From Adineta vaga (lineage: Eukaryota > Animalia > Rotifera), in contig CP075497.1 in assembly GCA_021613535.1 (NCBI GenBank), forward strand, positions 62,001-126,000: a stretch of DNA of 64,000 nt. The letters run 5' to 3'. Positions 50,464 to 63,800 of the stretch are shown piece by piece. The notes below the pieces were generated by a model. That model saw only the letters and a program-made list of their open reading frames with translations. It had not been told where the DNA came from and did no database searches. The translations under genes and the position numbers were made by a program. Every line of letters starts with the position of its first letter. Position 1 is the first letter of the stretch.

Positions 50464-50505
50464 ATCTGATGATCTTCTTAGCAGAACTGAAATCTGGATT
50501 ATGGC
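50464..50505 (+). ncRNA. 5'-truncated degenerate hammerhead ribozyme
   Basis: AT-CTGATGA-tcTTC(ttagca)GAAct-GAAA-TCTGGA-TT-ATGGC, followed by degenerate C-rich telomeric repeats 50512-50559. Confidence 0.6.
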
Positions 50506-50829
50506 AGCTAGACACACCCTACCATCGCCCTCACCCCTACACCAACACACTCACACCCATGCATAGGTGGTTTAGAAGACTTGTAGCAGACATCAAATAC
50601 TAGAATCAAGTGAACATGAGATTGTCATGAAAATCTTTGTGAGATCGCAATGTGTTTGCCTAGTACTTTAAATGCGGCAAAATTGAGTTTAAATCACGGC
50701 TCCTCTGTGAATACGAGAGTCAATTATGTGGACCTACACTCTCATTCCTATATTTGAAAAAAATCATAGAAAAATCATTGTGACGATAAGAAAAGCTATA
50801 AAGTTTTGTGCGGCTGAACAACTTTCCTT

Positions 50830-52037
50830 CTAATTGTATTCGTTTTCTTCCGTTTCTTCTTGGTAAGTTGCCTCTGATTCTTCCGTTTCTCCGTACGCAA
50901 TTTTCAGATCATCAATATCGTATTCTTCTTCATTGTCGCAATCTTCCAGATAATTGGTTTCGTCTTCGTCAAACCAATCATCTTTGTCGACAGATTCTGA
51001 ATCCAGGTCGTCTAAATCTTCCAAATTGGTGACAGCATATATTTCGTAGCATAGGTCCTGGTTGAGCATATATTTATATGGAATATAACAATATCCATTG
51101 TCACCCTATCGTTACATGAAAAGTGAATCTTTCTGATTATCGAATCATATTTACCCATTCTGGTCCCCATGAATTTCGTACAATGAATGTCTCGTATTTT
51201 TCACTATAACCAACAGCTAGCATTGCATGTCTAAAATGTTCAGTTTTAGAAAACAATTTCTTTCACTTTGCGCATGGAGAATACAATCAAATTCTCACCC
51301 ATTCTTTGGTTGGGGCTTATTCTCAGGTGGTGTTTGTATACGTCCCTTATTCTTTCCTTGTGCCTGAAATTCAGGTTGATCGATACGCAAGACATGCTTT
51401 CATTTCATGCAAGTTGTGTCCAATTTCCATCGAACCAGTGATTTGTAAATCTGCTGCGTTCTCAAAAGCTTCGTCGCTGGGGCATGTATCTTTTAGATCT
51501 TCTCTATAAGGCCATATTGTTTCAAGACAACTGCCACGTTCTTTCAATGCTTCTAGAGCACATGTAATAGAACAACCTGTATCTTGTACGTGCCCATTAT
51601 AATTTGGATCTCTGACACGAGCATCGTAATAAATAAATAATCGGCTAATATCAATTTCTTTGCCCCAAGTTCTTTTCAATAGATATTCGTAGGCACCTTA
51701 AATTCAACTTTAATTAATCTGTTGCAAAGAAAGTTCTACTTACCGGCAAAATCATTCCCTACGCTAAAATCAACGAAATTTCACATATTTTATCTGATGA
51801 AATATCTCATGTAAAATTCTATACATACCAACTACTAATAAATTCTTGCCGTTCCACGGGCGTCATTCCTTTACGAAGATCAACTTTAAATGGAAGTTCA
51901 GATTGACCGAAACGAATATGATCGGAAAATTTTTGTTTTAATCTTGGATATGAAGGAGGACTTTCCGCCTTTGGACAACCATTAATAGCATATTTTTTGT
52001 TGGTTTTTCGATCAACTAAATAGCCTGGGGTTGCCAT
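50830..52037 (-). pseudogene. Papain-family (C1A) cysteine protease, xylellain-like, probably frameshifted
   Basis: VDLR, Q...SSC (across intron), SRLFIYY, WPY, HAMLAVGY, VRNSWG, GYCYIPY and an acidic tail. A frame break with apparent deletion near 51380. Confidence 0.75.
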
Positions 52038-54404
52038 TGGTCAACTTCGTACGATTTTACAAGAGAAGAATATGTGTTGTTGTTGTTGTTTCTGTTCAGA
52101 AGTTGATTTGTAACCTAGGTGATGGTTTGTGTCTCGTTTCTTTCTATTTATATAGGCATGTCGTTTGTTGATTCTGTTAGTACGTTGTTTTGTCAGTAAG
52201 AAGCATAATTTATGCAGAAAGAAAAACAATTATGGTAATATTTCAAGTTGTTTTAGCCGTTTGAATAAGGATTCTTTTCCAGAGTCCGCGAAAATGTATT
52301 CAATCGCCTAAATCATAGAACATATTCTATGAATCTTGCTAAATTTAGTAGAAAAACAAATGAATTTCAAAGGTTAATGTACCTGATTCGAAATGCATCT
52401 TGAAGATGTGAGTTTAAAGAAACGAAGAAATAATTCAAAGCAACCATACGACGCGCGGATGCAGATTAGAGATTTTTATTTTTTGAAAGTGAGATAAATT
52501 AGTTAGTTTGGTTATGGAATAATACCGTTGTTGATGCTCGGCTTTCGTTGCGGGAGTTTGAACAAGGTTCGAATGTGTTTTTGTTTTCTGAAATAGATGA
52601 AAAGATGAATATGTATCAATGAATAAATGAACGAATTATTCCCTCGACTGAAAGGCGGGCCATGTCGAAAAAAAGTGATCAAAAAATAGAAACTCGGTTG
52701 TGCGTGTGTCTGTCGCAGGTCAAAGATGAATGGTCAACTTTTAGTGATATGATGAAAACTCTATAAAACATGGTTTGGGAGGGCTGTTAATGGTGAATGT
52801 TCGTTGGAGAAAGCATCGAGGTTAACTGTGATAGCGAAGACCGTCTGAGCGCTCGAAGAGAATTATCCTCACGTGATACACATTCATGGGTGTTGCGGTA
52901 GCTACAGGGAATCGATGTAGTCAATCAATAGCGGTGCAGGATTTGAAAAGCTTGAGATCAACCTCGAGGGTGGATCAAAGTGAAGGGATGGGTGAATGAG
53001 AAGATATAATGTATAGGCTGACGTGTAGAAGTGGCAATGAAGTCTATAAATGAACGGCTGGAATGGAGAATAAATACCAGAGTAAAAGAAAATCAATAAA
53101 ACTCCTATTGCAGAAATCAGATTCAATAACGTCTTTGCATACAAAACTGCAGCCGAAGCTAGCGTGTTGTGCAATGGAAAACCGGAAAGATAAGGAGCGC
53201 AAGTGTAGAAATTTTGAGCATCTTGCTTTTTCTACCCAGTACAATTTCTCCGTATGTCATACGTTCACCATAGATATTTCGTATTTGTCATCGGATGCCC
53301 ATGCTAATGGCATATAATGAAAACGCCTAAATACCTGCACCAGAACTGCTGCTCCAAACAAAATCTCAACTATCGCTCAGAAAGTTCTTTAAGACCATTC
53401 CATATCACACCCGCAGGTCGCCGCATTTCCAATCGCTCAACAGTCGAAAGGAGTAATATCTGTATATTCAAGAAAAACCCTGTCCTATATAACCACTGCC
53501 CACTATGCCGGCCATCATCTCACACAAACGCATGAGAAATAGCGCAGATGCTGATTCGTATGGAACCAAACGGTCAATCATCGCTTCTACCACACCACCT
53601 TAGACAAAGACTACTGCGTCCAAAAAATACCCTCGAGATAATTGGGAAAAACCAAAACTTCTTCGAATCTCAAAGCGAATGCAATTCGACGACACACAAG
53701 CAGATTCCTACATATACACCATCAAAACTAAATCTTCATTCCTATCCACAGAGTAAAAACACCGATCCTCCCAATTCCCTGCTACCTGATTCCATCAGCA
53801 CCGCAAATTCTTATTCAACGTTGAAATGAAGCTTCTTTCACTTCATAAACCATGTAATAGCCAAAATCATGAGGCTCGATATCCAAACTATATTCCCTTT
53901 ATATGTAAAAACCTTCCACTTCAATCCCTCCAATAAATAAGAAAATTCGATTCTACTGTAAAATTCTCACCTCCCCTGCACATATACCGATGTCGACCAA
54001 ACCTAACAACATACTCGTGAGCCTTTCTCTGTCTGACAACATAATTTCCGAGCATCACATCTCCTTTGTCACTGCGAAACGAGATCTACAGTCGATCGTA
54101 AAATCAACTTCCCAGTTAGGATTATCACCAACAATCCATACATATCCAACCGGGCGTATCTGCGAACATGGAGGAGAGCGTTTCTTCCTCTCGCAATATG
54201 AATTTCAACGATCGAAATACTGATTGTGACTCGGAAAGAGAAGCTCTATTTGACGGAAAAACATCCGAATCGATATGTCCGATGGTCACGAACTTAGGAT
54301 CCGAAATCGAAATTTTCATTTGCTCTGCGTCATGGAATAATATAGGTTGGAAGATTTTAAGATATAGTAATAGATGGGATAAAAGAAAATTTGGTTTCCT
54401 TATT

Positions 54405-55374
54405 TGATTCTGGTTTGAACAAATTACCAACTTTTCGCGATGTAGTTTGGCGTGGTGTTTCAAATGATATTGGAAAGAAATGAGAAAATCACTTGGTGGA
54501 GTATCAATTCGTGTTCTTCTTCTGTTAATGGTATCAAAGATTTTATTGGAAATCAAACAAATTGTACACTTTTCATGTGGATCGAATGTGTCAATGGAAA
54601 GAAAATGTCATGAAGTTATACTAAATATGAAAATGAAGAAGAAATTATTTTGAGAATTGGAAGTGAAAGAAGATCCGTTAGAACAATCAAATTATTCATT
54701 TCTTGTTCATCTTGTTCAAACTGATGATGATGAACAATTTACAAATGAAAACAATTCACAGAGATAAAAGTCGGTCGATTGTTTGATTAGGAAATCTTTT
54801 CCAGAAAAGAACCACTTTGTTTTATGCGATTCGTATGGAACTGACGAAGAAAAAAAGATTTTTAAAATCAAATTTCTTTCGTTTTTCTTTTGAAGAACTC
54901 CAACTCAATAAAAGGAAGCAAAATGCACAAACAGTCGCAGGAGGAAATGAAAAAGGCGATCAACTTAATCAATTCAATTGTCCCATTTTTGTCTTTGTTG
55001 ATTCCGAACAATCTGTTTATGTTTCAGATTATTACAATCATCGTGTCATGAAATGGAGAAAAGATGCGAACGAAGGAATTATTGTTGCTGGAGGAAATGG
55101 CGAAGGAAATCATCTGAATCAATTGAAGTATCCCAATGGAATCATTGTTGATGATGAAGGTCAAATTCATGTTGCAGATTGTAATAATCATCGAATAATG
55201 CGTTGGTGTGAAGAAAGTCGAGAAGGTGAAATAATTGTTGGTAGAAATGGAGAAGGAAATGAATCATATCAATTGTCTTATCCCTGTGGTTTATCATTTG
55301 ATGTTCAACGAAATCTTTATGTTGCTGATTTCGGAAATCATCGAATTTTGAGATTTGATTTAGTTTGTGAATAA
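54405..55374 (+). pseudogene. ADP-ribosyltransferase (R-S-E type) + NHL-repeat pseudogene
   Basis: VWRGVS, TWWSINSCSSS and YENEEEIIL in shifting frames (54424-54740), then NHL repeats (VYVSDYYNHRVMKW, LYVADFGNHRI). Confidence 0.75.
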
Positions 55375-56313
55375 AAGACAATGAATTTTGTTTTTGAAAA
55401 TATTTCAATTGTTTTGAGATTTATTTTTGTGAATTTATTTTGAAAATTTCGTCAATTCGATGAATTTCTTTGTATTTTCGAACGATAAAATCAAATTTCA
55501 CATATCGCTTTGAAATCGATTCTTTTTGCAAAACAAATGTTTTGATCACAAAAATGAGATTTTCCTTTTTTTAGAATTTGAATGACAACAATTTTCACAT
55601 TAGCAAATCACCCTCATTTGATTTTGTGTGTCGACATCGTTCGATTTCAAAGAAGCATCATTTGCGGAAAAGAGAAAAATTGTTTCAGATTTGCTAAGAA
55701 ATCTAATTGGTAGAAATGAACGAAAATTGAATTGATTTGTTTGATGTTTCGATATCACAAAAATATTCTTCATTCGGAATATCGTTTCATTCACTTCGGA
55801 AATACCATTTGACATAAAAAATCCAATCGAAGCACAAATGTGTTCATTTTTTATTCATCTCATCACTGTGATTTCTACACAATATTCTCATTCATTGGAA
55901 AGAAAACGAATGTTCATATGTTCAATGACAGAAATCATTCACATTTGCAAAATAAACTATCTTAATTTCCCTTTTTTTATGTCGACGATGTCAACATGTA
56001 ACTTCTCTGCACATATTTGTTAATGAAATTCAATCAACTTGTATTTCAGATCATCGCGATATTGTCGTGTCGAGTGATCTTAATTTCTTGTTGAGTATAT
56101 AGAAAAGTTTAGTGCTTTTATCACTGTTAGGACAAAGAAGTTGGTTGTTTCTCTTTCTTAGTTAGATAAGAATAGCAAAAGGTTTTTTCTCTTTATTACT
56201 TTTGTAATCTCCATCTGCATTTATCATGTAAAGACACGTTTGTGAGCACGTGTTTTGAGTTTCGCATTGCCAATATATTGAATAACCAAGATTTTCTTCA
56301 GATTTTTTTGATT

Positions 56314-57291
56314 ATGTATAGTACGATAACATTAACATCTTCGAATCTATCTATCCCACGTCTTGGCTATGGTACAGGGTCAAAATGGCGAAATGGTGAA
56401 ATGGTGAAATCAATCGATGAATCTTTAGTCATTGCCATTCGTCAAGCATTAACTTTAGGATATCGACATTTAGATTGTGCTGAAATATATTCTAATGAAG
56501 AATCTGTTGGAGAAGCTATTCGTCTTCACGGACTTTCACGTGATAAATTATTTATCACTTCAAAAGTTTACAATAATATTGAAAATATATCTAAAGCGTG
56601 TGATGATACATTGAATCGTTTAGGTATTGATTATCTCGATCTTTGGTTAATTCATTCACCATTTTTTGATCGAAATAAAACTTCATTAGAAAAAGTTTGG
56701 AAAGATATGGAAAATTTAGTTGATAATGGGAAAGTTAAAGCAATTGGAGTTAGTAATTTTCAAATTGAACATTTAAAAGAATTATTTGATTTAAAACCAA
56801 AAATCCGACCAGTTGTTAATCAAAGTAAATTCAATAGATTTTTCTATATGTAATTAATATTGAATTTAGTTGAACTTCATCCTTATATTTATAAAGAATC
56901 AAAAGATTTACTCGCTTATTGTAAATTAAATAATATTATTATTCAAACTTTTGCACCACTTGCTTCACTTGCTCATAAACCTAATGGACCAGTAGATCGA
57001 ATAGTAAATGATTTAGCTAAAAAATATGATCGATTACCTGCACAGATTCTACTCAAATGGAATTTAAGTAAAGGTTAGTTTAATTCATTATCTCATCATC
57101 GTGTAATTATTGTTATTACAGGTGATATTACGATAACAACATCGAATAAACGTGAACATTTAGAAGATTTTCTTAAAGTTAATGATGAAAATTTTCAATT
57201 AACTGATGATGATATTAATGAAATTGATGAAGCTGGAAGCAAATTGTACTATCGTAGATGTTGGAAACAACAAATTGAAGGATCACAATAA
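56314..57291 (+). CDS. Aldo-keto reductase (3 exons)
   Basis: LGYGTG, HLDCAEIY, TSKVY, DYLDLWLIHSP, KAIGVSNF, Q-ELHPY; short introns near 56825 and 57073. Confidence 0.9.
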
Positions 57292-58100
57292 AACTATTTT
57301 ATGAATGACAATCAAATTACAGAATCAAAATTATAACTCAAAATGTTTTCTTCTACTTTTATTTTCAAAGTATTTCCATATTTGGCCATTCGAACAACTA
57401 CAATTTGTGATATTGTTCATCTAGAGTAATGTAGGTGTGTGAATGAGAGTTACAAGACATATTCAGAAAAAGATCATAGACTTTTCTTCTCTTGATGAGA
57501 GTACACAAAAACAAGTAAAATACACATAACATTTCTCAAGAAAAATCAAACTACTTCTCTTCGACTCTGCTTAGTTGGTTTGAACATTTTTCTTTTAAAT
57601 TTTTTGAAATGACTCTTTAAAAATAATATTGTTCCCTATCTCAGTAAACGATTTTCAATGTTCTTTCTATGTATGGTATGTGCTAATTCATCTCTGTCGT
57701 GTTCAATTTCTAAACACTAATTTAAACTGCATTATTTCAGCTAAAAACCGAACCGTGCCAATTTGGCATGCAACAATCGCGATGCGATTCGATTTCGATT
57801 TTAGAATCGGATTGTTTGGAATCGGTATTGGTGCATGCCTAGTGCCAATCTCTGCCATCCGCGCCCTCAATTTTGTATTGCCAAAAGATTAGCTGATTAT
57901 TTCAATAAGTAAACTTCGAACATCGCACTACTTGAAAGTGACAAATTCATAAGCATAATGAAGTATTTGGAATAGACAAAAGAAAGATAAATCTAATTAG
58001 AAGAATATAAAGTTTCAATTGAATTATTTAATTTTTAAAAAAATGAAAAAATGATCATGTCATAGGTTATTTAACTTTCAAACATTAGGTTTTTGTCATC

Positions 58101-59102
58101 TTATCTGTATTTTCTTAAGTAACATCGATGTTGTTTTGACCCTTCACTAATATAAGCTGTACAATCTTCAAATAAACGATAACGTTTTTTGATTTCATTG
58201 ATACTTACGGAGCTTTTTTCATGATATAGAAGGTCACAATAGTAGCTCCTTAATTTTGGACAATTCGATAAGACACGATGTAATTGATCAAATACATCCT
58301 CAAGTTCATAGAAACCACGAATATAGAGAGTTGTATCTTCTAAATTAGGTGATCGTTTAAATAAATCCATCATGTTCGACAAGTGGAAAGCTGTAGGACA
58401 ACCTTCAGATGATGTCGACCATATATCATATGTTTCTAAAGTCAAATGTGTTAATGGTAAACATTCTTTCGTTAATGATCCTCTAGAAGTTGCACCAAAT
58501 CCACAGTGAAACCGTAAGATATTTGGTAAATTATTAAGTAATGGATAATACAGTGACATATTACAACATTGAATTTTAACATTCTTCAAATTGATTGACC
58601 ACGTTTTTATTTGAGATGTCCAGCCAGTACCATTACCATATGGTAACTCAACAGATTCTAATGTCAGAAATTCATTCCCAAATATCATTTTACATAAATC
58701 GATATACACATTTGACCATGATTGTACATAAATGGTTAAGTGTTTTAAATGTGGAAATATTGATGGTTTTACATGTATCAGATCAGGATGTTGATATGTA
58801 TAGACATTATACGGTGAACTATTCCGAAATATTAATCTCCCAATATTAACACATTCATTTAACCTTGAATATTTATATTTTTCTTCATAAACAGGAAATG
58901 AACGAATTTGTTTAGGTTGAACATATGGAAGAATATATTTTTGTTCGTCTTCGCTTAAATCGACATCACCGAAATGGACACGTGCTTCACTTATAATACG
59001 ATTGAGACGAGAATTTAAATTATAAAAACCACGAAATAAATCTACACGAGGTAAATATCGAAATATTCGTAAAAGTATTTCATCTGGAAAAATATTATCC
59101 AT
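58101..59102 (-). CDS. F-box domain protein with LRR-like C-terminus (single exon)
   Basis: FPDEILLRIFRYL...FYNLNSRLNRII N-terminus; intact 333-aa ORF. Confidence 0.8.
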   Translation of the reverse strand: MDNIFPDEILLRIFRYLPRVDLFRGFYNLNSRLNRIISEARVHFGDVDLSEDEQKYILPYVQPKQIRSFPVYEEKYKYSRLNECVNIGRLIFRNSSPYNVYTYQHPDLIHVKPSIFPHLKHLTIYVQSWSNVYIDLCKMIFGNEFLTLESVELPYGNGTGWTSQIKTWSINLKNVKIQCCNMSLYYPLLNNLPNILRFHCGFGATSRGSLTKECLPLTHLTLETYDIWSTSSEGCPTAFHLSNMMDLFKRSPNLEDTTLYIRGFYELEDVFDQLHRVLSNCPKLRSYYCDLLYHEKSSVSINEIKKRYRLFEDCTAYISEGSKQHRCYLRKYR

Positions 59103-59706
59103 ATTGAAATAATAATTTTTATCTAAAAATATTCACATATTATATATAATATCAATTTCAATTATCTTCGTTATTATTACACCAACAAAAAAACCAACGA
59201 AGAGCTCTGCAGCTTTTATCGTAATCTTATGTACGACGTGTTCTGTATATCTTACATCTCACTATCTTTATTATTGTTTTTTTTTGCTTGATATTGCATC
59301 TTGTACTATCTGTGATTCTGTTTGTGAATGGGTAAAATTCCATGAAATGCAAAAAAGAAACTGCGTATATGTAGGTTTCACAGACTAGCAACACGTTCGG
59401 TCCAATCGGATTTGCAGTGACGCAAATAGGCAATTGCCCATTGAGACTTTATTTTTGCAAACATGTTCGCTTATTTTACAATGAGATCGTCATTTTTTTT
59501 CTTCTATTTAAATTCTAGACTCAATCTTTATACAAAAAGAAAATGAATTAAAATAGATTCTTTTGTGACTGACAATTAGTTAAAAGTCCTGATTAAGCTT
59601 CTGTATTCTATACCTTTTTTGTATAAAAATATTAGCCTTTCTTATTTTTTGAGAATCTCAAGGGGCCATTCGAACCGAAATTCATTTCTGCGTTCATGAC
59701 AGCATC

Positions 59707-59750
59707 TTGAGGGTGTGGGTGTGGGTTGGTGTTAGTGGATGTGTGTGGTT
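59707..59750 (+). repeat. Short interstitial telomeric tract, G-strand on +
   Basis: TTGAGGGTGTGGGTGTGGG followed by degenerate GT-rich sequence. Confidence 0.6.
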
Positions 59751-60889
59751 GTAACTCATCCAGCTGTGGATGTTTGTCAGCGGGACCAACGCGTGATCTT
59801 GAAAAGTTGGGTGTTGGTGCTGTTAGTATAAATTAGTAATACCCCAATCATTTGATCCAAGTTTCTTTATTCGATCTTCATTACCACGAATGAAGACACT
59901 GATTTGAACATTTTTATGCTTGACAAGACCGATTCAAATCAACCCTCCAATATCAACAGTTGAACCAATGAAAACTATCTTGATTTGTTTAGACGACATT
60001 CGATAGAAATCGACGAATATTTGACATTGTCTGATCAAAGCAAGAGTCATCAAAGAAGACAATTCTTTATTCTTCTCTCTCAAGTGAATTATCTGATATG
60101 AGTGAGAGAATGTCATTGCAACCGGAGAATTCTCAGATGAATAAATGCTGAATGAAGCGACAGATTGGTGCAGAACGGCAGCCATTCCCGACACAGGCAG
60201 ATGTACATTTATCGAACAATGAATAAAACAACTCAACATGCACATCGTGTTTCATGTTTTAAATCTATCTAAACTGTTCAACTTTACTTTTAGTGGAAAT
60301 CGAGGCCATGTGATCGAATATAAGAATTTAGCAAACAAAAAATATTTTACAGATTGAATGTAATGTTTGTCAAGAAAGATTATTTTTCTCTGCTGAAAAT
60401 CACAAATCTAATCTTATTGAAATGTACAAAGATTTTCAGATTCTACTGATATGATAAAAATAGATCGATCTTACAAGAAAATGTCTGAATTATGAAAGAG
60501 TATTTCAAAGAACTAGAAAGTATCGTTGAACATATGTTAGATTGAAAATCTTTTAACTTATACTGGGTGCGTAGTGTTTTAGAGTTGGTTTTCATATTCC
60601 AATATTTATTTTCTTGTGTTCTATTTGAATGCACAGATGATTATGGTATTCATAAGATTAATGAAATGAAATGTATCATTTCTATGTGTTGTTGGTATGT
60701 ATAGAGAACGAAGAACACACGTGATAAGAAAGAAAAACAACTTTGCAAAACATTCTCGTGACGTGATTTTGCACTAAGAATTTCATATCTTTGTTGCTTT
60801 GCATTTCATCAGCGTAAAACACGATTTAAACACATTCGTTGTATTACATTTTTATAAATACAAATATCACAGACATTGTATTGATCAAT

Positions 60890-63800
60890 ATGACTAACAA
60901 ACTACCTCCATCTCTTCATACACTGCCGATAGAATTGGTCTATCGAATTTTGGACTTTCTTTCTCCTGAGAATATTCTTGTTTCGGTTCAAGACGTTTCC
61001 ACACGGCTCGGTGCAATAGTTCACACATACCCTCGTTATCAGGTAAATTTTTTTTTGACGGAATTGGGCATTGTGCATCGTGAGAAGTGATAGAGTTTCA
61101 AAATAGTTTACACGGTCACACACAAGAGTGAAGAATATGTAGCGTTGAGAACATCAGTTTGAGAAAGTATTCAATAGTGATCACAATCCTGTACTGAAAA
61201 TAGAAGATACGTTCACAAATCGAATGTGGAAAAGTTTTATGTATTATCTAGGCGTATAATAACTTTGAACATTACTCATCTGAAAAAAATTTGGCATTCA
61301 TTCTTCGTTCCTTATATCGTAACAAAGTAATCAATCATTCCCAACTCAATTCTGAATGCCAATCGAATTCCCATTTCTTCCTATCAGACAATCACTACGC
61401 TCTCAATTTTTTATACCAAACTTAATCCCCAAGAAGAAAATCATTTGATCATTCTATTGAAAATCAATCAGGTATGGAAATATTTTCCCAAGATCATCAG
61501 AATACAATATATAATTTTCATGAATTACGTAGACACTCATTAATCTGAATTTGTATTATGCTCATATCGGTGACGAGGGTGTTTGTCATATTGCTAATGC
61601 TTTGAAGATAAATAAGGTCACATAACAATTTTATTTGTATTGTATTGAAATTATAGGTTTTTGCTGATAGACATTGACTACACTACATCTCGAAGGAAAT
61701 CGAATCGGTGACGTAGGGATGCAACATCTTGCTGATGTTTTGAAAGTCAATGAGGTAATATTTTGTTTATTTTCTATCAGATCAAGAAGATTTTGATTCA
61801 TCATAGACACTCGTAACATTGAATCTTCAACACAATGAAGTTGGCGATGAGGGAACAGTGAATCTTGCCAATGCTTTGAAAACTAATCAAGTAAAATAAG
61901 AACTTCTGTTTATTTTCTGTTGATTCGTGATATTGTCCTCCTTCATAGACGCTTTTGAGTCTCGATCTTCAATACAACAAAATTCGTGATAGAGGAGGAT
62001 GTCATCTTATGAACGCCTCGAAGATGAACCAGGTTGAATACAATTTGTGATAATCTAAGCCATATTTTCGACATTCTGATCCGTTAAAGACACTCCAAAC
62101 ACTATTGATAAACCATAATCCAATGAGTCATTTACAAAAACAAACTATTCGCACCGTATTGAATATTAAAGAGGTTAGAAACCCCTCTGATCTATCATTA
62201 CTATCTCTTTCATCGTAGATTATTCATAAAATACAGCAGCAAAACAATCAGATTGATACAATATCAACATCTCAACAGAAGAACTCTTTGGAAACTACTC
62301 TGGTAATACAATATCTCATCTAGATCTGCACAATATAATCATCTTCTTAGACATTTAATATAGGAAATCTAAAGCACAGAGTTGCTGGTGACGAAGACAT
62401 TCGATATATGGCGAGTATGATGAAGTCCAATAATGTGAGATAAAAAACAATCTTCATCCTTAATTTTCCAAGTATTTAATTCATTGCAGACCGTCAAAAT
62501 ACTTGATCTATGCGACAGTCAGATTACCGATGTCGGAATTCGTCATATTTGTGATATTTTGAATAATTTGAAAGTGAGAGAAATGATCTGTTCATTGATT
62601 TGACATCAACATGATTTTGATAAATCACAGAGTATCAATTCCTTGATTCTGAAAAACAATCGAATTGGTGCTCAAGGAGTTCATTATCTTACTAATGCTC
62701 TGATAACGAATCAGGTGACTTTCTATTTCGACGTAACTACATTTATACGAGATTTTATCATCGTAGACAATTACCGTATTGGATCTTGGACAAAATCAGA
62801 TTCGTGATGACGGAGCGCGTCATCTTGCTGATTTTTTAAAGATTAATCAGGTAATCGAGTATTTCTCATTGTCTATCGAATCGAAAATGATCTCTTTCGC
62901 CGTAGATTATCAATACATTGAATCTTTCACGAAATCAAATTAGTGATAAAGGAGCTCATTGTCTTGCTGATGCTCTAAAGATTAATCAAGTGCCACAACA
63001 TGTCTTCACGTTCATCATATCTATAATATTCTTCTATATTTTATAGACACTTGTCAGTCTCGATCTTTCCCACAATCGTATTGGTGATGAAGGAGAACGT
63101 GATTTTGCTGATGTTCTCGCGATCAACCAAGTACGATCATATTTCTTTGTCTTTATCGGTCATTTCTATGATAGTTATATTCATGATAGACACTCGTCAC
63201 TTTGGATCTTCAAAACCATCGTCTCAATGAGAGAAAAGTGTTTCAACTTCATAATGTTCCATATATAAACAAAGTGAGAAATGATTTCCCCTACTTTCGT
63301 CCTGCGAAAGTAAACAAATCTCTTCTATTTTTTCATTTAGACAACTGCCGGATTAGATCTCCGACGAAGAGATATCGATGACAACCAGATCTATTTTCTT
63401 GCCAATGTTCTGAAATCCAGTCATGTGACGGAAGTCTTTTTTACACTAAATCTTCGAAATAATTATATCGGTGACGCAGGTGTCAATGATGTTTGTGATA
63501 TACTCGACACCTTCAAAGTCAGATCAAATTTACATTCATCTATTCAATCGACGTTATTCTTATTCATAACAGACAATTTACGCTTTACGTCTCGACAAGA
63601 ACTGGATCGGCAATGAAGGAGCACAGAGCCTTGCTAATCTTCTGAAGATGAACCAAGTGCGTTAAAATAACTATTTTTAGTTATCATACCATCGTTTTAA
63701 TCATTTGTTATTAGACCATTACTACGTTGGATCTTGGAGAGAATAAGATTGACGATGAAGGTGCAGAATATCTTGCAGATGCTCTGAAGATGAATCAAGT

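Noticed and set aside
52560-54400. Numerous short ORFs on both strands in a less AT-rich patch
   Set aside because: No recognisable motif or consistent exon chain; possibly a decayed gene or TE.
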